A DNA stretch of 64,000 nucleotides, from contig CAVSOU010000011.1 in the NCBI GenBank assembly GCA_963729625.1, positions 864,001-928,000 of the forward strand, given 5' to 3'. A model generated the notes under the pieces. It ran no database searches, was not told where the DNA came from, and saw only the letters and a program-made list of their open reading frames with translations. Positions 1-10,900 of the stretch are shown in pieces; positions within the stretch are counted from its first letter, which is position 1, and the number at the start of each line of letters is the position of its first letter. The stretch is from an uncultured bacterium. Lineage in GTDB: Bacteria; Chloroflexota; UBA5177; JANWHV01. Position numbers and translations under genes: made by a program.

Positions 1-363
1 AGGCTTATATCAAGCGGCCCAGCCCACCGTCGGCATCGGTGTGTAAAGCCATCGCCCCCAGTATAGCGGACACGCGTGCAAGATAGGGCTCTTTATCTCG
101 CACTGATCTTACGCGAGAAAAGGCCAGTGCAGCTGGTACTTTGCGCAAATTCGTCCACAGAGCCTGATGCTCGCGCTCACCGGTGCGGACCGAGTGCCGC
201 AAGCTACTGCCGGCGCCAGAGCCGAAGGCACTGATCGCGCCTGTGGCCTTGAGCACTACGCGCTACAACGGAGGACGCAAGCACCTTGCCTTGCGGCGGG
301 TTCTTGCTGCACGATTCAAGCAATGCACTTGTTACCCATGCAGCATCGTGGAAGGACCCGCAG

Positions 364-1623
364 TTGCCTACACGCGTCGTCGTCACTGGACTTGGAGTTG
401 TCACGCCGCTCGGCTTGACCGTGAGGGGATTTTGGGAGCGCTTGACTCAAGGCGTCTCGGGTGTGCGGCCGATCAGCCGTTTCGATTGCTCCGACCTGCC
501 GGTCCGGATCGCCGGCGAGGTGCCGGATTTTGATCCGGCAAACTACATGGAGATAAAGCAGGCCCGCCGCATGGAACGTTTCTCCCAGTTTGCCGTCGCC
601 GCCGCGCGAATGGCTCTGGACGACGCCGGTCTGCGTGTCACTCCCGCCAACGACGGCGAGATCGGCATCGTGATCAATACCGGCGTCGGCGGTATCAGCC
701 GGCTGGTAGCCGAGGAACGCGTGCGCTTGCAGAAGGGACCTGAACGCGTTAGCCCGCTGCTGGTGCCCGCGCTTGCGCCGAACATGGCGGCGGCACAGCC
801 GGCGATGTGCCTGGGCATTCATGGGCCTGTCACGAGCGCGACGGGCGCCTGCGCCGCCGGCGCGCTCGCGGTCAACGAGGCGCTGCGCCTGATACAGCGT
901 GGCGAGGTCCAGACCGTGCTGGCAGGCGGCACCGAGTCGTGTCTGGAGCCGCTGTCGGTCGCCAGCCTCGCCAACATGCACGGGCTCTCCAGACGTAACG
1001 ACGAGCCGGCTCGTGCGTCGCGCCCGTTCGACCGCGACAGGGACGGCTTCGTCTTGAGCGAGGGCGCGGCTGTCCTGGTTCTGGAAGATGCCGGCCATGC
1101 ACTGCGCAGGGGGGCGCGCATGCTTTGCGAAGTGGCTGGAGCCGGGGTTACCTGCGACGCCTATCACATCACCGATCCGTTACCCAGCGGGGAGCAGGTG
1201 GCCATTGCCATGCGAAAAGCCCTGCGTGAGGCGCGTTTGGCCCCGGAAGATGTGGCCTACATCGCCGCGCACGCCACCGCTACGGCGGCGGGCGACGTGG
1301 CGGAGACGCGCGCGATAAGGGTTGCCCTTGGCGAGGCGGCCGGGCGCGTCGCGATCAGCGCCAATAAGTCCATGCTGGGGCACACGTTCGGCGCGGCAGG
1401 CGCGATATCGGCCGTATGCAGCGTTCTTGCCATCGTTTCGGGTGTCATTCCGCCTACGATCAACCTGGAGAACGCCGATCCTTCCTGCGATCTGGACTAT
1501 GTTCCGCACGTCGCGCGGATCCGGCCGGTGCCGGCGGCACTGGCCAATGCTTTCGGATTCGGCGGGCAGAACGCGGTGATCGCCTTCCGTGCCTGGCAGG
1601 AGCACGGCGTGCCGGTAGCGTAG
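364..1623 (+). CDS. fabF: beta-ketoacyl-ACP synthase II
   Basis: RVVVTGLG N-terminus, TGACAAG catalytic Cys, SRPFDRDRDGFVLSEGA, HATAT, KSMLGHTFGAAG, NAFGFGGQN. Start taken at TTG 364 after GGAAGGA (ORF opens at 286). Confidence 0.93.
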   Translation: MPTRVVVTGLGVVTPLGLTVRGFWERLTQGVSGVRPISRFDCSDLPVRIAGEVPDFDPANYMEIKQARRMERFSQFAVAAARMALDDAGLRVTPANDGEIGIVINTGVGGISRLVAEERVRLQKGPERVSPLLVPALAPNMAAAQPAMCLGIHGPVTSATGACAAGALAVNEALRLIQRGEVQTVLAGGTESCLEPLSVASLANMHGLSRRNDEPARASRPFDRDRDGFVLSEGAAVLVLEDAGHALRRGARMLCEVAGAGVTCDAYHITDPLPSGEQVAIAMRKALREARLAPEDVAYIAAHATATAAGDVAETRAIRVALGEAAGRVAISANKSMLGHTFGAAGAISAVCSVLAIVSGVIPPTINLENADPSCDLDYVPHVARIRPVPAALANAFGFGGQNAVIAFRAWQEHGVPVA

Positions 1624-1850
1624 AACCTGGCAACTCCAATGAGCGCGTCGGTCCTGAACCGGGGCGCAGGTGCCAGGACGGAGCACACCTGGCAAGAGTG
1701 ATCGTCGGGGCGCGGCCATCTGCCGGGCCGTGGACATCGTGTCCGCCCCGTTTTTGGCAGCGCGTGGCGCCGGGAGCAACGGTGCGGCGCAGTCATTATG
1801 TGGGGACAGGAGGACACAGCGACCGCCTGGCGCCGAGTTGCACGAGCTCG

Positions 1851-2942
1851 CTAGAGGTCAATCCACCTCCGTTCGTCGTCGGAGCGAATGGCCGCATCCA
1901 GGATCTCCTGGCAGCGAAGGCCGTCTTCGAAATCCGGCGACATCGGCCGTCCATCACAGATGGCATCGATCCACGCCACGGTATTTCCTCCCCACGTCGG
2001 AACCGCAGGATCGCAGGCATATACTTCGCGGAACCCATCGCCGCGCCAGCCCGTCATGCTGTCCGCGCGCAGGACCCGAGTGACGCCGGTATCGACCTCC
2101 AGCACCAGCGAGGCCCGATCGCCGTAGAGCTCGACGCGCCTGTAATCGCAGCGGCCACGCGCGATGCGTGAGACGCGCAGCAGCCCATATGCGCCGTTCG
2201 CATAGCGCAGGTGCACGTGCGCCAGGTCGTCGGCATCCACGATGCCCATCTCGCCGTCGCCACGCGGGCGCTCCGGCGTCACGACCGCCAGCTGGGCGCT
2301 AACCGCGGAAACTTCCCCAATGAAGACCCGGCTCAGGTCCAGCATATGCGAGCCGAGATCGCCCAAGACGCCACTTCCACTTTCGGTGCGGCTGTTTCGC
2401 CATGTATATTCGGCGTTCGAATCGCTCAGCCAGTCTTGAAGGTATGTCAGGTGGACTTCGCGAATGCGCCCACACACGCCGGTCTCCAGTTGAGTCTGGA
2501 TATACTGCACGGCGGGATTGGATCGGTTGGAAAAGTTAATCCCGTGCGTGATGCCGGCTCCACGCGCGGCTACGACGAGCGAGTGCGCTTCGGCTGCATC
2601 GAGCGTGAGCGGCTTCTCGCACATCACGTGCAGGCCGCGCGCGACGGCGGCGCGCACCATCGGCGCGTGGAGCCGGTTCGGCGTGCAGATACAAACCGCA
2701 TCGAGCTCCTCAGTCGCAAGCATCTCATCGTAATCCGAGTAGACGGCGTGCACATGATAACGGCCGGCCAGTGAGCGCGCGTGCGTATCGCGCGCGTCGC
2801 ATAGTGCGGCGACCGAGGCGCGGGGCGACGTCGACACTGCGTTCAGCATAGATTCTCCCATGCCCAACCCCACGATAGCTACCCGAAGCTGCCGGCCCGT
2901 CCCTGCGTTTGTCGTGCTATGCGCACTACCCTGGTTTGACAT
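1851..2942 (-). CDS. Gfo/Idh/MocA family oxidoreductase
   Basis: LRVAIVGLG Rossmann start, HVMCEKPL motif, GVLGDLGSHMLD, PDFEDGLRCQEILDAA C-terminus. Confidence 0.92.
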   Translation of the reverse strand: MSNQGSAHSTTNAGTGRQLRVAIVGLGMGESMLNAVSTSPRASVAALCDARDTHARSLAGRYHVHAVYSDYDEMLATEELDAVCICTPNRLHAPMVRAAVARGLHVMCEKPLTLDAAEAHSLVVAARGAGITHGINFSNRSNPAVQYIQTQLETGVCGRIREVHLTYLQDWLSDSNAEYTWRNSRTESGSGVLGDLGSHMLDLSRVFIGEVSAVSAQLAVVTPERPRGDGEMGIVDADDLAHVHLRYANGAYGLLRVSRIARGRCDYRRVELYGDRASLVLEVDTGVTRVLRADSMTGWRGDGFREVYACDPAVPTWGGNTVAWIDAICDGRPMSPDFEDGLRCQEILDAAIRSDDERRWIDL

Positions 2943-3199
2943 TTGTGTGCCCTTCGATAATTACCCAGCCTGATGGCGCGCCGTTCCGCGCCCAGATCAG
3001 GGTATCAGCCGTCGCCTGCTGCAGCGGGATCGTGGCACGCTGGAAACGCCACATGTCCTTCTGTCCTATCCGAACGTGCCATTGCTCAGCCTGAAGGAAT
3101 CTCCCTATGATGAGACCGGTTGACGATGGCCTGGCTCCAGAGTCGCGTGCGCGACACGACGACGCGGTCAAAGATGATGACGAGACGAGGGCATTGGGC

Positions 3200-3601
3200 A
3201 TGAGCGTGTCGAACATTAACAACGTCCTGTCCAGCGGCGCGCCGAAGAGCGTAGAAAAGGCGTCCGCTGCCTCGCCGCAGGGCGCGCGACGCACTTCGGA
3301 AGATGTACGGGCCACACAAACGACGGCAAGTCCGGCCTCACGCGTCTCGATCTCCGGCGCCGCCAGGGACCGCATCGCCGCCGAGCACGCCTCGATCGCG
3401 ACCACGAGTTCCAGTGCGCAACCATTCAGTACGCATGCCGCGTCAAGCGCCGTCAAGTTCCTCTCGTCGTTGTACGGCGCCTCCAACACCTCTGCCTCAA
3501 CGTCGGCGGTCGACCACAGGACGCAGCTACAGGCCGGGCTTGGTGCGCTTCAACGCACCAGTCAGGCCAACGAGGCGGTGCTGAACCACTTCCAGAGCTA
3601 A
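3200..3601 (+). CDS. hypothetical Ser/Ala-rich protein with flagellin-like C-terminal helix
   Basis: ATG at 3200 in the 3107 frame, GC-rich codon usage, fills the gap between two clear genes. C-terminus QLQAGLGALQRTSQANEAVLNHFQS. Confidence 0.6.
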   Translation: MSVSNINNVLSSGAPKSVEKASAASPQGARRTSEDVRATQTTASPASRVSISGAARDRIAAEHASIATTSSSAQPFSTHAASSAVKFLSSLYGASNTSASTSAVDHRTQLQAGLGALQRTSQANEAVLNHFQS

Positions 3602-3774
3602 TGCCTTGCTCGCGCCCGCGTACCCACCTCGAAGCCCTGGTATAGTAGTCATTGCGTCGCCCCCATGAGCACCTCGGACGGCGGCCGCGGCCGCGCATGA
3701 CGCTCCGCGCCGGATTTGGGCTGCTTTGGGCGACGACTGTGTACGCTGCCAAGCCAGGCAATTGGAGGGTTCCC

Positions 3775-5403
3775 ATGAGTACCGCAGGAGCCGCCAACCC
3801 GCCCATCCCGGTCAACGAGCCAACACGGGCATATGCTTCCGGGTCGCCCGAGCGCGCCTCCCTCGAGCAGTGCCTCACACGCATGTGCGGTGAGCGAATC
3901 GAGATTCCGTTGGTCGTCGGGGGCAACGATGTGCGCACGGGGAATCTCCGTCCTGCCATCATGCCCCACCAAAAGGACCATGTCCTGGCCGACGTACATC
4001 AAGGCGGGCAGCGAGAGATCCAGCTGGCCGTCGACGCCGCGGCACGAGCCTGGCCGGACTGGGCCGCCACCGCCTGGCAGGACCGAGCGGCGATCTTCCT
4101 GCGCGCCGCCGACCTCCTTGCCGGCTCATGGCGCGACCGGCTGAACGCGGCTACCATGCTTGGCCAATCGAAGACCGTCCATCAAGCCGAAATCGACGCC
4201 GCCTGTGAGCTCTGCGACTTCTGGCGCTTCAACGTCGCATATATGGCGCGCATCTACGCCGAACAGCCATTCTCCCCGTCCGGAACGTGGAATCGACTCG
4301 ATTACCGTCCTCTGGAAGGTTTTGTCTTCGCCATCACGCCGTTTAACTTCACGTCCATCGCGGGCAATCTGCCAGCAAGCCCTGCCATGCTCGGCAATAC
4401 CGTCGTCTGGAAGCCGGCTTCAACCGCCGCCTACTCCGCCCACGTCATCATGCGCCTGCTGCAGGAAGCAGGATTGCCGGACGGCGTGATCAACCTCGTC
4501 TATGGGCCCGGATCGCAGATCGGCGACGCGGCGCTGCGGCACCCCGGCCTCGCGGGCATTCACTTCACGGGCTCGACGGCGGTTTTTCAAAGTATGTGGC
4601 GGACCATTGGCAGCAGCATCGCGTCGTACCGCAACTATCCCCGCATCGTGGGTGAGACCGGGGGCAAAGACTTTATCGTCGCCCATCGGTCCGCCGACGT
4701 CGACGCCCTGGCCACCGCGGTCATTCGCGGCGCTTTCGAGTATCAGGGCCAGAAGTGCTCGGCTGCCTCGAGGCTCTACGTTCCATCCAACCTCTGGCCC
4801 AGGCTGAGAGCGCGACTGGTCGACGAGATCGCCACAATTCCCATGGGTCCCCCCACCGATCTCCGCAACTTCATGTGCGCGGTGATCGACGGCGCTGCGT
4901 TCGCCACGCACCGGAAAGCCATAGAGGAGGCGCGGAGCGACCCCCAGGCCGAGATACTCGTGGGCGGAGGCACCGACGACTCAGTCGGCTACTTCGTGCA
5001 GCCGACCGTGATCGTCACGCGCGATCCCGACTATCGGCTGCTGCGCGAGGAGCTGTTCGGGCCGATCATCACGACTTATATCTATCCTGAGGGCGAGTAC
5101 GAAGAGACGTTGAAGCTGATCGATCGCAGCAGCCCATATGCGCTCACGGGAGCCGTGTTCAGCCAGGATCGCAAGGCGATTGTCCAGGCAATGGGTGCGC
5201 TCCGGCACGCCGCCGGCAACTTCTACGTGAACGATAAACCGACAGGAGCGGTTGTCGGGCAGCAGCCATTTGGCGGCGCGCGTGCCTCGGGCACCAATGA
5301 CAAGGCCGGGTCGATGTGGAATCTGATCCGCTGGACCAGCCCGCGCGCGATTAAGGAGACCTTCGAGCCTCCGCGCGACTACCGATACCCGTACATGCGC
5401 TAA
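3775..5403 (+). CDS. pruA: L-glutamate gamma-semialdehyde (P5C) dehydrogenase
   Basis: NEP..YA.GSPER N-terminus, ITPFNFTSIAGNL, FTGST, GETGGKDF, FEYQGQKCSA, GARASGTNDKAGS. RBS GGAGGG before ATG 3775. Confidence 0.95.
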   Translation: MSTAGAANPPIPVNEPTRAYASGSPERASLEQCLTRMCGERIEIPLVVGGNDVRTGNLRPAIMPHQKDHVLADVHQGGQREIQLAVDAAARAWPDWAATAWQDRAAIFLRAADLLAGSWRDRLNAATMLGQSKTVHQAEIDAACELCDFWRFNVAYMARIYAEQPFSPSGTWNRLDYRPLEGFVFAITPFNFTSIAGNLPASPAMLGNTVVWKPASTAAYSAHVIMRLLQEAGLPDGVINLVYGPGSQIGDAALRHPGLAGIHFTGSTAVFQSMWRTIGSSIASYRNYPRIVGETGGKDFIVAHRSADVDALATAVIRGAFEYQGQKCSAASRLYVPSNLWPRLRARLVDEIATIPMGPPTDLRNFMCAVIDGAAFATHRKAIEEARSDPQAEILVGGGTDDSVGYFVQPTVIVTRDPDYRLLREELFGPIITTYIYPEGEYEETLKLIDRSSPYALTGAVFSQDRKAIVQAMGALRHAAGNFYVNDKPTGAVVGQQPFGGARASGTNDKAGSMWNLIRWTSPRAIKETFEPPRDYRYPYMR

Positions 5404-5527
5404 GCGCTGCTGCCAGTCTACGTATCCTGGTCAGTAGACCGGCAGCAATCGCGCATCGGTGTCGATCGCCCACGCACCCCGGGGGACTCGCTCCACCGAG
5501 GACGCACACGCCGACCTGAAGGTGAAG

Positions 5528-5597
5528 GAAGTGTGGGTTGACGTCGCCAGCCGGCACTCCCTAATAGGCGGTCGCAGCGACATTCATCCCACACTTC
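5528..5597. repeat. imperfect ~20-bp inverted repeat between convergent genes (possible terminator or miniature element)
   Basis: GAAGTGTGGGTTGACGTCGC (5528-5547) versus GCGACATTCATCCCACACTTC (5577-5597). Confidence 0.5.
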
Positions 5598-5639
5598 AGA
5601 GTGCCTGAGATTCTTGTAGGGCGAATGACCATGCCTCGC

Positions 5640-6677
5640 TTAGCCCACCCGGCTCCAGTTGGCACCGCCATCGTGGCTGACCAGGAAGTCTCGTCCCGCC
5701 ATAAAGCAGGTATGGACGGTCGGACAGCTCACCGCCACGGTGAGCATCTCGCCGTAGAGCGCGCCGGCTACTGCCGCCGCGGCCGGACCGGCCCAGGTCG
5801 CCCCGCCATCCGTGCTCAGCACCAGCGCCCAGGTGCCCGGCGTGACGCCGGGCGTGGCCACGTAGAAGCCGAGGGCCACACAGCGCGCCGTCGACGGACA
5901 GCTCACACTGCGCAAGGCGGCATCCACGTTCGCGCGCCCCGCACGCCAGCTGGTGCCGCCGTCCCGGCTCGCCAGGAGTGTGCCGTGTTGGCCGACTGCG
6001 ACACATGCTGCTACGCTCGCGCAGCTCACGCCAAACAGACTATTGGTGCTGCCGGACGACCGCCTGGCCCACGTCGCGCCCCCGTCCGCCGTTGTGAGCA
6101 CCCTCGCTTCGGAGCCGGCGGCAGCGTCACCCACGACCACGCATCGCTGCTTCTCGGCGCAGCTCACGGCGCGCAGATCGCGTTGGGTCCCCGACCGACG
6201 CGCCGCCCACGTCTCGCCGGCGTCAGCACTGGTCACGATGGTGCCCAGCGCACCCACTGCGACGCACGTCGTCGGGGATCCGCAGCTGATGCTGTTGAGT
6301 CGCGCTGTCACATGCGACGTGCGAGCCGCCCACGTCGCGCCGCCGCTCGAGATCAGGATGCTACCCTTGTCCCCCACGGCCACACAGAAGCGCGCACTCG
6401 CGCAGGCAACACCGGCCAGCGCCGTGCCCGCTGGCGCCCGCGTCGTCGTCCAGTGCGCGCCCGCGCTGCTGGTCAGGGCAATGGCGCCGTCCCCGGTCAC
6501 TGCGACGCAGGACGTGGCAGTGGGACACGACAAGGCAGCGATGTGGTTAGCTGCAGCTGCCTGCACCGTACCGCGCAGCGGACGCGCCCATACCGGAACA
6601 GCCAGGATCAGGACGCCTGCTAGAATCAGCCGTACCGGTGCTGTCTGCTGCTGCGGACGGATTGCCGGTCGAGCCAC
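5640..6677 (-). CDS. secreted BNR/Asp-box (Ycf48/WD40-like) beta-propeller protein
   Basis: Signal peptide followed by about 7 repeats of L..VSC.S...CVAVG..G.I..S.DGG.TW. Confidence 0.85.
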   Translation of the reverse strand: MARPAIRPQQQTAPVRLILAGVLILAVPVWARPLRGTVQAAAANHIAALSCPTATSCVAVTGDGAIALTSSAGAHWTTTRAPAGTALAGVACASARFCVAVGDKGSILISSGGATWAARTSHVTARLNSISCGSPTTCVAVGALGTIVTSADAGETWAARRSGTQRDLRAVSCAEKQRCVVVGDAAAGSEARVLTTADGGATWARRSSGSTNSLFGVSCASVAACVAVGQHGTLLASRDGGTSWRAGRANVDAALRSVSCPSTARCVALGFYVATPGVTPGTWALVLSTDGGATWAGPAAAAVAGALYGEMLTVAVSCPTVHTCFMAGRDFLVSHDGGANWSRVG

Positions 6678-6919
6678 GTGACACTCCCTTCATGCACTGC
6701 ACGCGACCACTGCAAGTCGGAGTCTACCCGCGGAATGCTGCTCGCACCCATTATAGAGCTTCCTGCAGGAGTCACGAGCCTCGGGGCCTAACCAAAGGCT
6801 TGGCGCGATCGTGACGCCGCGATCACGCGGGCGGAGGCATACATCGTCCACCATGCTCATTGTCGCTCATGGTAAACTCTCCGACGACGGCACCTGCCCG
6901 GCGTGAACGGACGTGACTG

Positions 6920-7477
6920 ATGAGCACGATCTACACTATTGGCCACAGCAATCACCCCGGGGAGAAACTCGTCGACCTGCTGAAACAGTTCAGTGTGACC
7001 GCCGTCGTCGATGTGCGGACTGCGCCGTACAGCCGTTACAATCCGCAGTTCAACCGAAGTAACGTTGAAGTGCTCCTGGCTCAGTATCACATCAGCTACG
7101 CATATGGCGGCAAACACCTGGGTGGCCGCCCGGGGGATCCGACCTGTTATAAGAGCGGCAGCCTTCCCGGCGACGGCGCAGACTATCTGCACCAGGTTGA
7201 CTACCCGGCAGTGATGCAGCGCGACTGGTTCCTGAAGGGGATCGAGCGGCTGCTGGAGATGGCAGCATCGGAATCCGTCGCCATCCTGTGCAGTGAGGAG
7301 GATCCGGCTCAGTGCCACCGGCACCACCTCATCGCGCGATATCTCCTGGATAGCCATCCGGAGGTCGATGTGCGGCATGTCCGCGGCGACGGGAACATGT
7401 TCTCGGCCCGCGACATCCCGAGATCTGTCGACATTACCGTGGTCACGCAACATTCGCTGTTCCCGGATATGCCATGA
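6920..7477 (+). CDS. DUF488 family protein
   Basis: IYTIGHSN, VVDVR..PYSRYNPQF, LGGRP and LCSEEDPAQCHR motifs. Confidence 0.93.
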   Translation: MSTIYTIGHSNHPGEKLVDLLKQFSVTAVVDVRTAPYSRYNPQFNRSNVEVLLAQYHISYAYGGKHLGGRPGDPTCYKSGSLPGDGADYLHQVDYPAVMQRDWFLKGIERLLEMAASESVAILCSEEDPAQCHRHHLIARYLLDSHPEVDVRHVRGDGNMFSARDIPRSVDITVVTQHSLFPDMP

Positions 7478-7914
7478 GACTGCACACGCTCGGCTTTACG
7501 CGGAAGCGAGCGGAAACGTTCTTCCGCCTGCTGGGCCGGTACGCCACCCAGCGCCTCGTCGACACTCGGCTCAAGCCGGGCGGGCAGCTGTCGGGTTTCG
7601 CCCAGAAGCAAGGCCTGCCGTATTTCCTCTCCAAATTGGCCGGCGGCTGCCAGTATGTACACGGGCCTGTGCTCGCACCCGACCGGGAAATCCTGCAGGA
7701 CTCTCGCGCCGGCGGCGACTGGGCGCGCTGCACGACTCGATTCGAGGCCTGGATGAACGCGCGCGGCATTCCCGGAGCGCTGGACCGCTCCAGATGCGAA
7801 GCGCTGAGATCCTGCCTGCTGTGCAGCGAGGTCATAGCCCAGCATTGCCGCCGCGGGATCGTGGCCAAGCGACTGGCGGCGCGCTGGCACGACGTGGAGA
7901 TCATCCGCTTGTGA
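7474..7914 (+). CDS. DUF488 family protein (second subfamily)
   Basis: LHTLGFTRKRAETFF, LVDTRL...QLSGFA, LAP, CLLCSE....CRR. ATGA overlap with the upstream gene. Confidence 0.85.
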   Translation: MRLHTLGFTRKRAETFFRLLGRYATQRLVDTRLKPGGQLSGFAQKQGLPYFLSKLAGGCQYVHGPVLAPDREILQDSRAGGDWARCTTRFEAWMNARGIPGALDRSRCEALRSCLLCSEVIAQHCRRGIVAKRLAARWHDVEIIRL

Positions 7915-10900
7915 GGCAGCGCCTCGTAATCACCGACCTGACCCGCATGCAGCAGGGACGCGTGTGCGTGGCAGGCTACGATCCCGGCATGCAGTGCGTC
8001 CGGCCGGTGCTTCCGCCTCCGGGTATCCTCGAATACATGCTGGGCCTGCCCGGCCGCCCGCTCGTTTTCCCGGGCGCCGAGATCGAGCTCGAGCTTGGCG
8101 AGCCAACCCCACAGCCGCCACACACGGAAGATGTGCCCTTCGCACTGCACTCTCTGCGATTCCTCCGGCGACTGCCGGAGCCTGCCTGGAGAGAGTTGCT
8201 CGACGCCACCGAATCCGAGAATGCCGAGGCGATCTTTGGCCAGCCGATACGCCAGGAGCCGGGTCACTACGTGATGGACGGCAGCGGGCCTCGCTCCCTC
8301 GGCACCTTGCGGCCGCGTCGTGTCTTGGGTGTCAGGCAGGAACGGCGCGATGGCACGTCCAGATACCGCCTGGGGTTCGTGGACGCGAGCGCTGCCACAT
8401 ACTGGCTGGCGGTCACCGACCTGGCCTGGCGCTACTTCCTCAACCTCCATGAAACGGATAGCGGCGATCCGGAAGCGGTCGCACGCCATCTCACCGACGT
8501 GCTGCGGAGCCGCAGTGTCTACCTCCGTCTCGGGCTCGCTCGCGGCTGGGAGCAGCATCCGGGCCTTTGCTCCGTGCAGATCACCGGCGTTCATACCTTC
8601 CCTGATTACCTGGACGGGCACACATTTGCCGATTTCGCTCCGGCGATCGACGGAGACGGCGGCTCAGCCAACTTGCTGGCACGATTCAATCTCGCTCTCT
8701 TGCCCGACGACGATCCGCCGGCCTGGAGCAGCCGCCTGCGAACCGGGCTGGTCACACTGGCCGCCGAGTACGGCGGGCCCAACGCCGGAATAGCCTTGCT
8801 CGAACAACTGTTCCCTGATGGACACTGTGCGGCAGGCCTCACCGAGCGCGACGCCTGGGCGCGTCTGCTTGTACGCAGCGGAAGGCTCTCCGAGGCGCTG
8901 TCGTGTGCCGAGCAGCGCCGTCAGACGCGCGATAGCTATCTTCCGCGCATGATCATGCTGCAAGCCCATCTTGCAGCGACCGATCTCGAAGCTGCCACCG
9001 AGGATGCACGCGGTATCGAGGCCGTGGCGGAGCAGCAGTCTGTCGCGCCAGCGATCGCGCGCGGCTACATGGCCCTCGCGCGCTCAAGCCCGGCCGAAGC
9101 GGAGCAGTCATTTCGTGACGCCCTGGCTTCCCGTCCCGATCACCTGGAAGCGCTGGCCGGTCTTGCCGAGGCTCTCGCTCAGGCAGACGATACTGCCGGC
9201 GCGGCAGCCGTGCTGCGCGACGCCGTTGGGATCTGCGGCGCCGAAGCCAGGCCGGCCCTGCTGCGCAGGCTGGCAGAGTTCTGTCCCGAGGAACACGAAT
9301 GGGCGCAGACCGAGCTCCGCGCCGCGATCGGTGGACTGGCCGAGCGGATACGTGCCAACCTGGCGGAGGCCCGAGTCGCACACCGCTCCGCCGCGGCCCG
9401 GGCGGAGGCCGGCGTGCCGCGACGAGATACGGAGAGGACCACTGTCGTGCCTGGGGCCGATCTCCTCGCCGCGGCCACCGTCGATGCGAATGAGCTCCCT
9501 TCCGAGAAGCTAGCCGGGATCCTCTACGAGCACTTTGGCCACAGCACGTTCCGGCCGGGCCAGGCGGTGGTGCTGCGTTCGGTGTTGAGCGACGGCAAGG
9601 ATACGCTCGCGATCATGCCGACCGGGGCCGGCAAGTCGCTGTGCTTCCAGCTACCGGCGCTGGTGTTGCCTGGCGTCGTGCTGGTCATCTCGCCGATCGT
9701 CGCGCTCATGGCCGATCAGATTGCCGGCCTGGCCGACGTTCCGGCTCTGGCCGAGCGGTCATGCCTGATCAACAGCACACTGACTGTCGCGGAACTGGAG
9801 AACCGGTATCGGCGGCTGGCGGCCGGCGCATACAGCCTCGTGTATGTCGCACCGGAGCGCCTGCGGCAGGGCAGATTGATCCATGCCTTGCGGCGCGTGG
9901 GAGTCTCCCTGCTGGTGATCGACGAGGCGCACTGCCTCAGCCTGTGGGGGCATGCCTTTCGGCCCGACTACCTCGCCATCGGTCGGGTGGCTGAGTTGCT
10001 GCGGCGCCCGAGGATACTCGCCGTCACGGCTACCGCTACCCCAGAGATGCAGGCCGAGATCGCGCACACGCTCAACCGCAAGCTGGCGGTGGTGAACACC
10101 GGGGTCTTGCGCGACAACCTCTTCCTCGAGGTCTGCAAGGTGGCAAACGAGCGGGAGAAGCGATCACAGCTCCTGGAGTTCGTGCGCAGCGCGCGCGGCC
10201 CCGGGATCGTGTATACGGGCAGCCGTGACCGGTGCGAGCAATTGGCGGCAGCGTTGCGCCGGGGGGGCGAGCGGGCGGCCTTCTATCATGCCGGCATGCC
10301 GGCCGCCGAGCGCGACGCCACACAACGCGCTTTCATGGCCGGACAGATCCGTGTCCTTGTCGCTACCATCGCCTTTGGCCTCGGCGTCAACAAACGCGAC
10401 ATCCGGTTCATCGTCCACTATCAGCCGTCGCGCTCGCTGGAAGCGTATACGCAGGAAGCAGGCCGTGCGGGCCGCGATGGTCAGCCGGCGCACTGCGTGC
10501 TGCTCGCCACCTCGGCGGACAAAGGTACCCTGACGCGTCGGGCGCACGAGGATCGCGTGCAGCTCGATAACCTGCGCGAGCTGTACAGACTGGTCCGGCG
10601 CGCGGTCCAGGACAGCGCCGGCGGGCTGGTCGACGGGCATGCCCTGCGGCACGCAGGCGAGGAGGGCGACCAGGCGGAAACGACGAAACGGGTCGGGCTG
10701 AGCATACTCGAACGGGCCGGGTTCCTCACGCGCGGCCTCGACGTCCCGCGCGATGTCACCATCCAGCTCTTGCACGATCCACTGGAGCAGCCTCTCAAAG
10801 ACCAGGCGGCGGCACTCCAGTTGCGCCTGGGTCGACCGCGCACACTGCGCCTGGACCAGGCGGCGAGCGCCCTGGGCACGCCGGCCGACACGGTAGAGCC

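Noticed and set aside
7293-7910. 1401-aa ORF start at 7293
   Set aside because: The first ~206 codons overlap the two DUF488 genes and look non-coding; GTG 7911, overlapping the upstream stop, is the better start.
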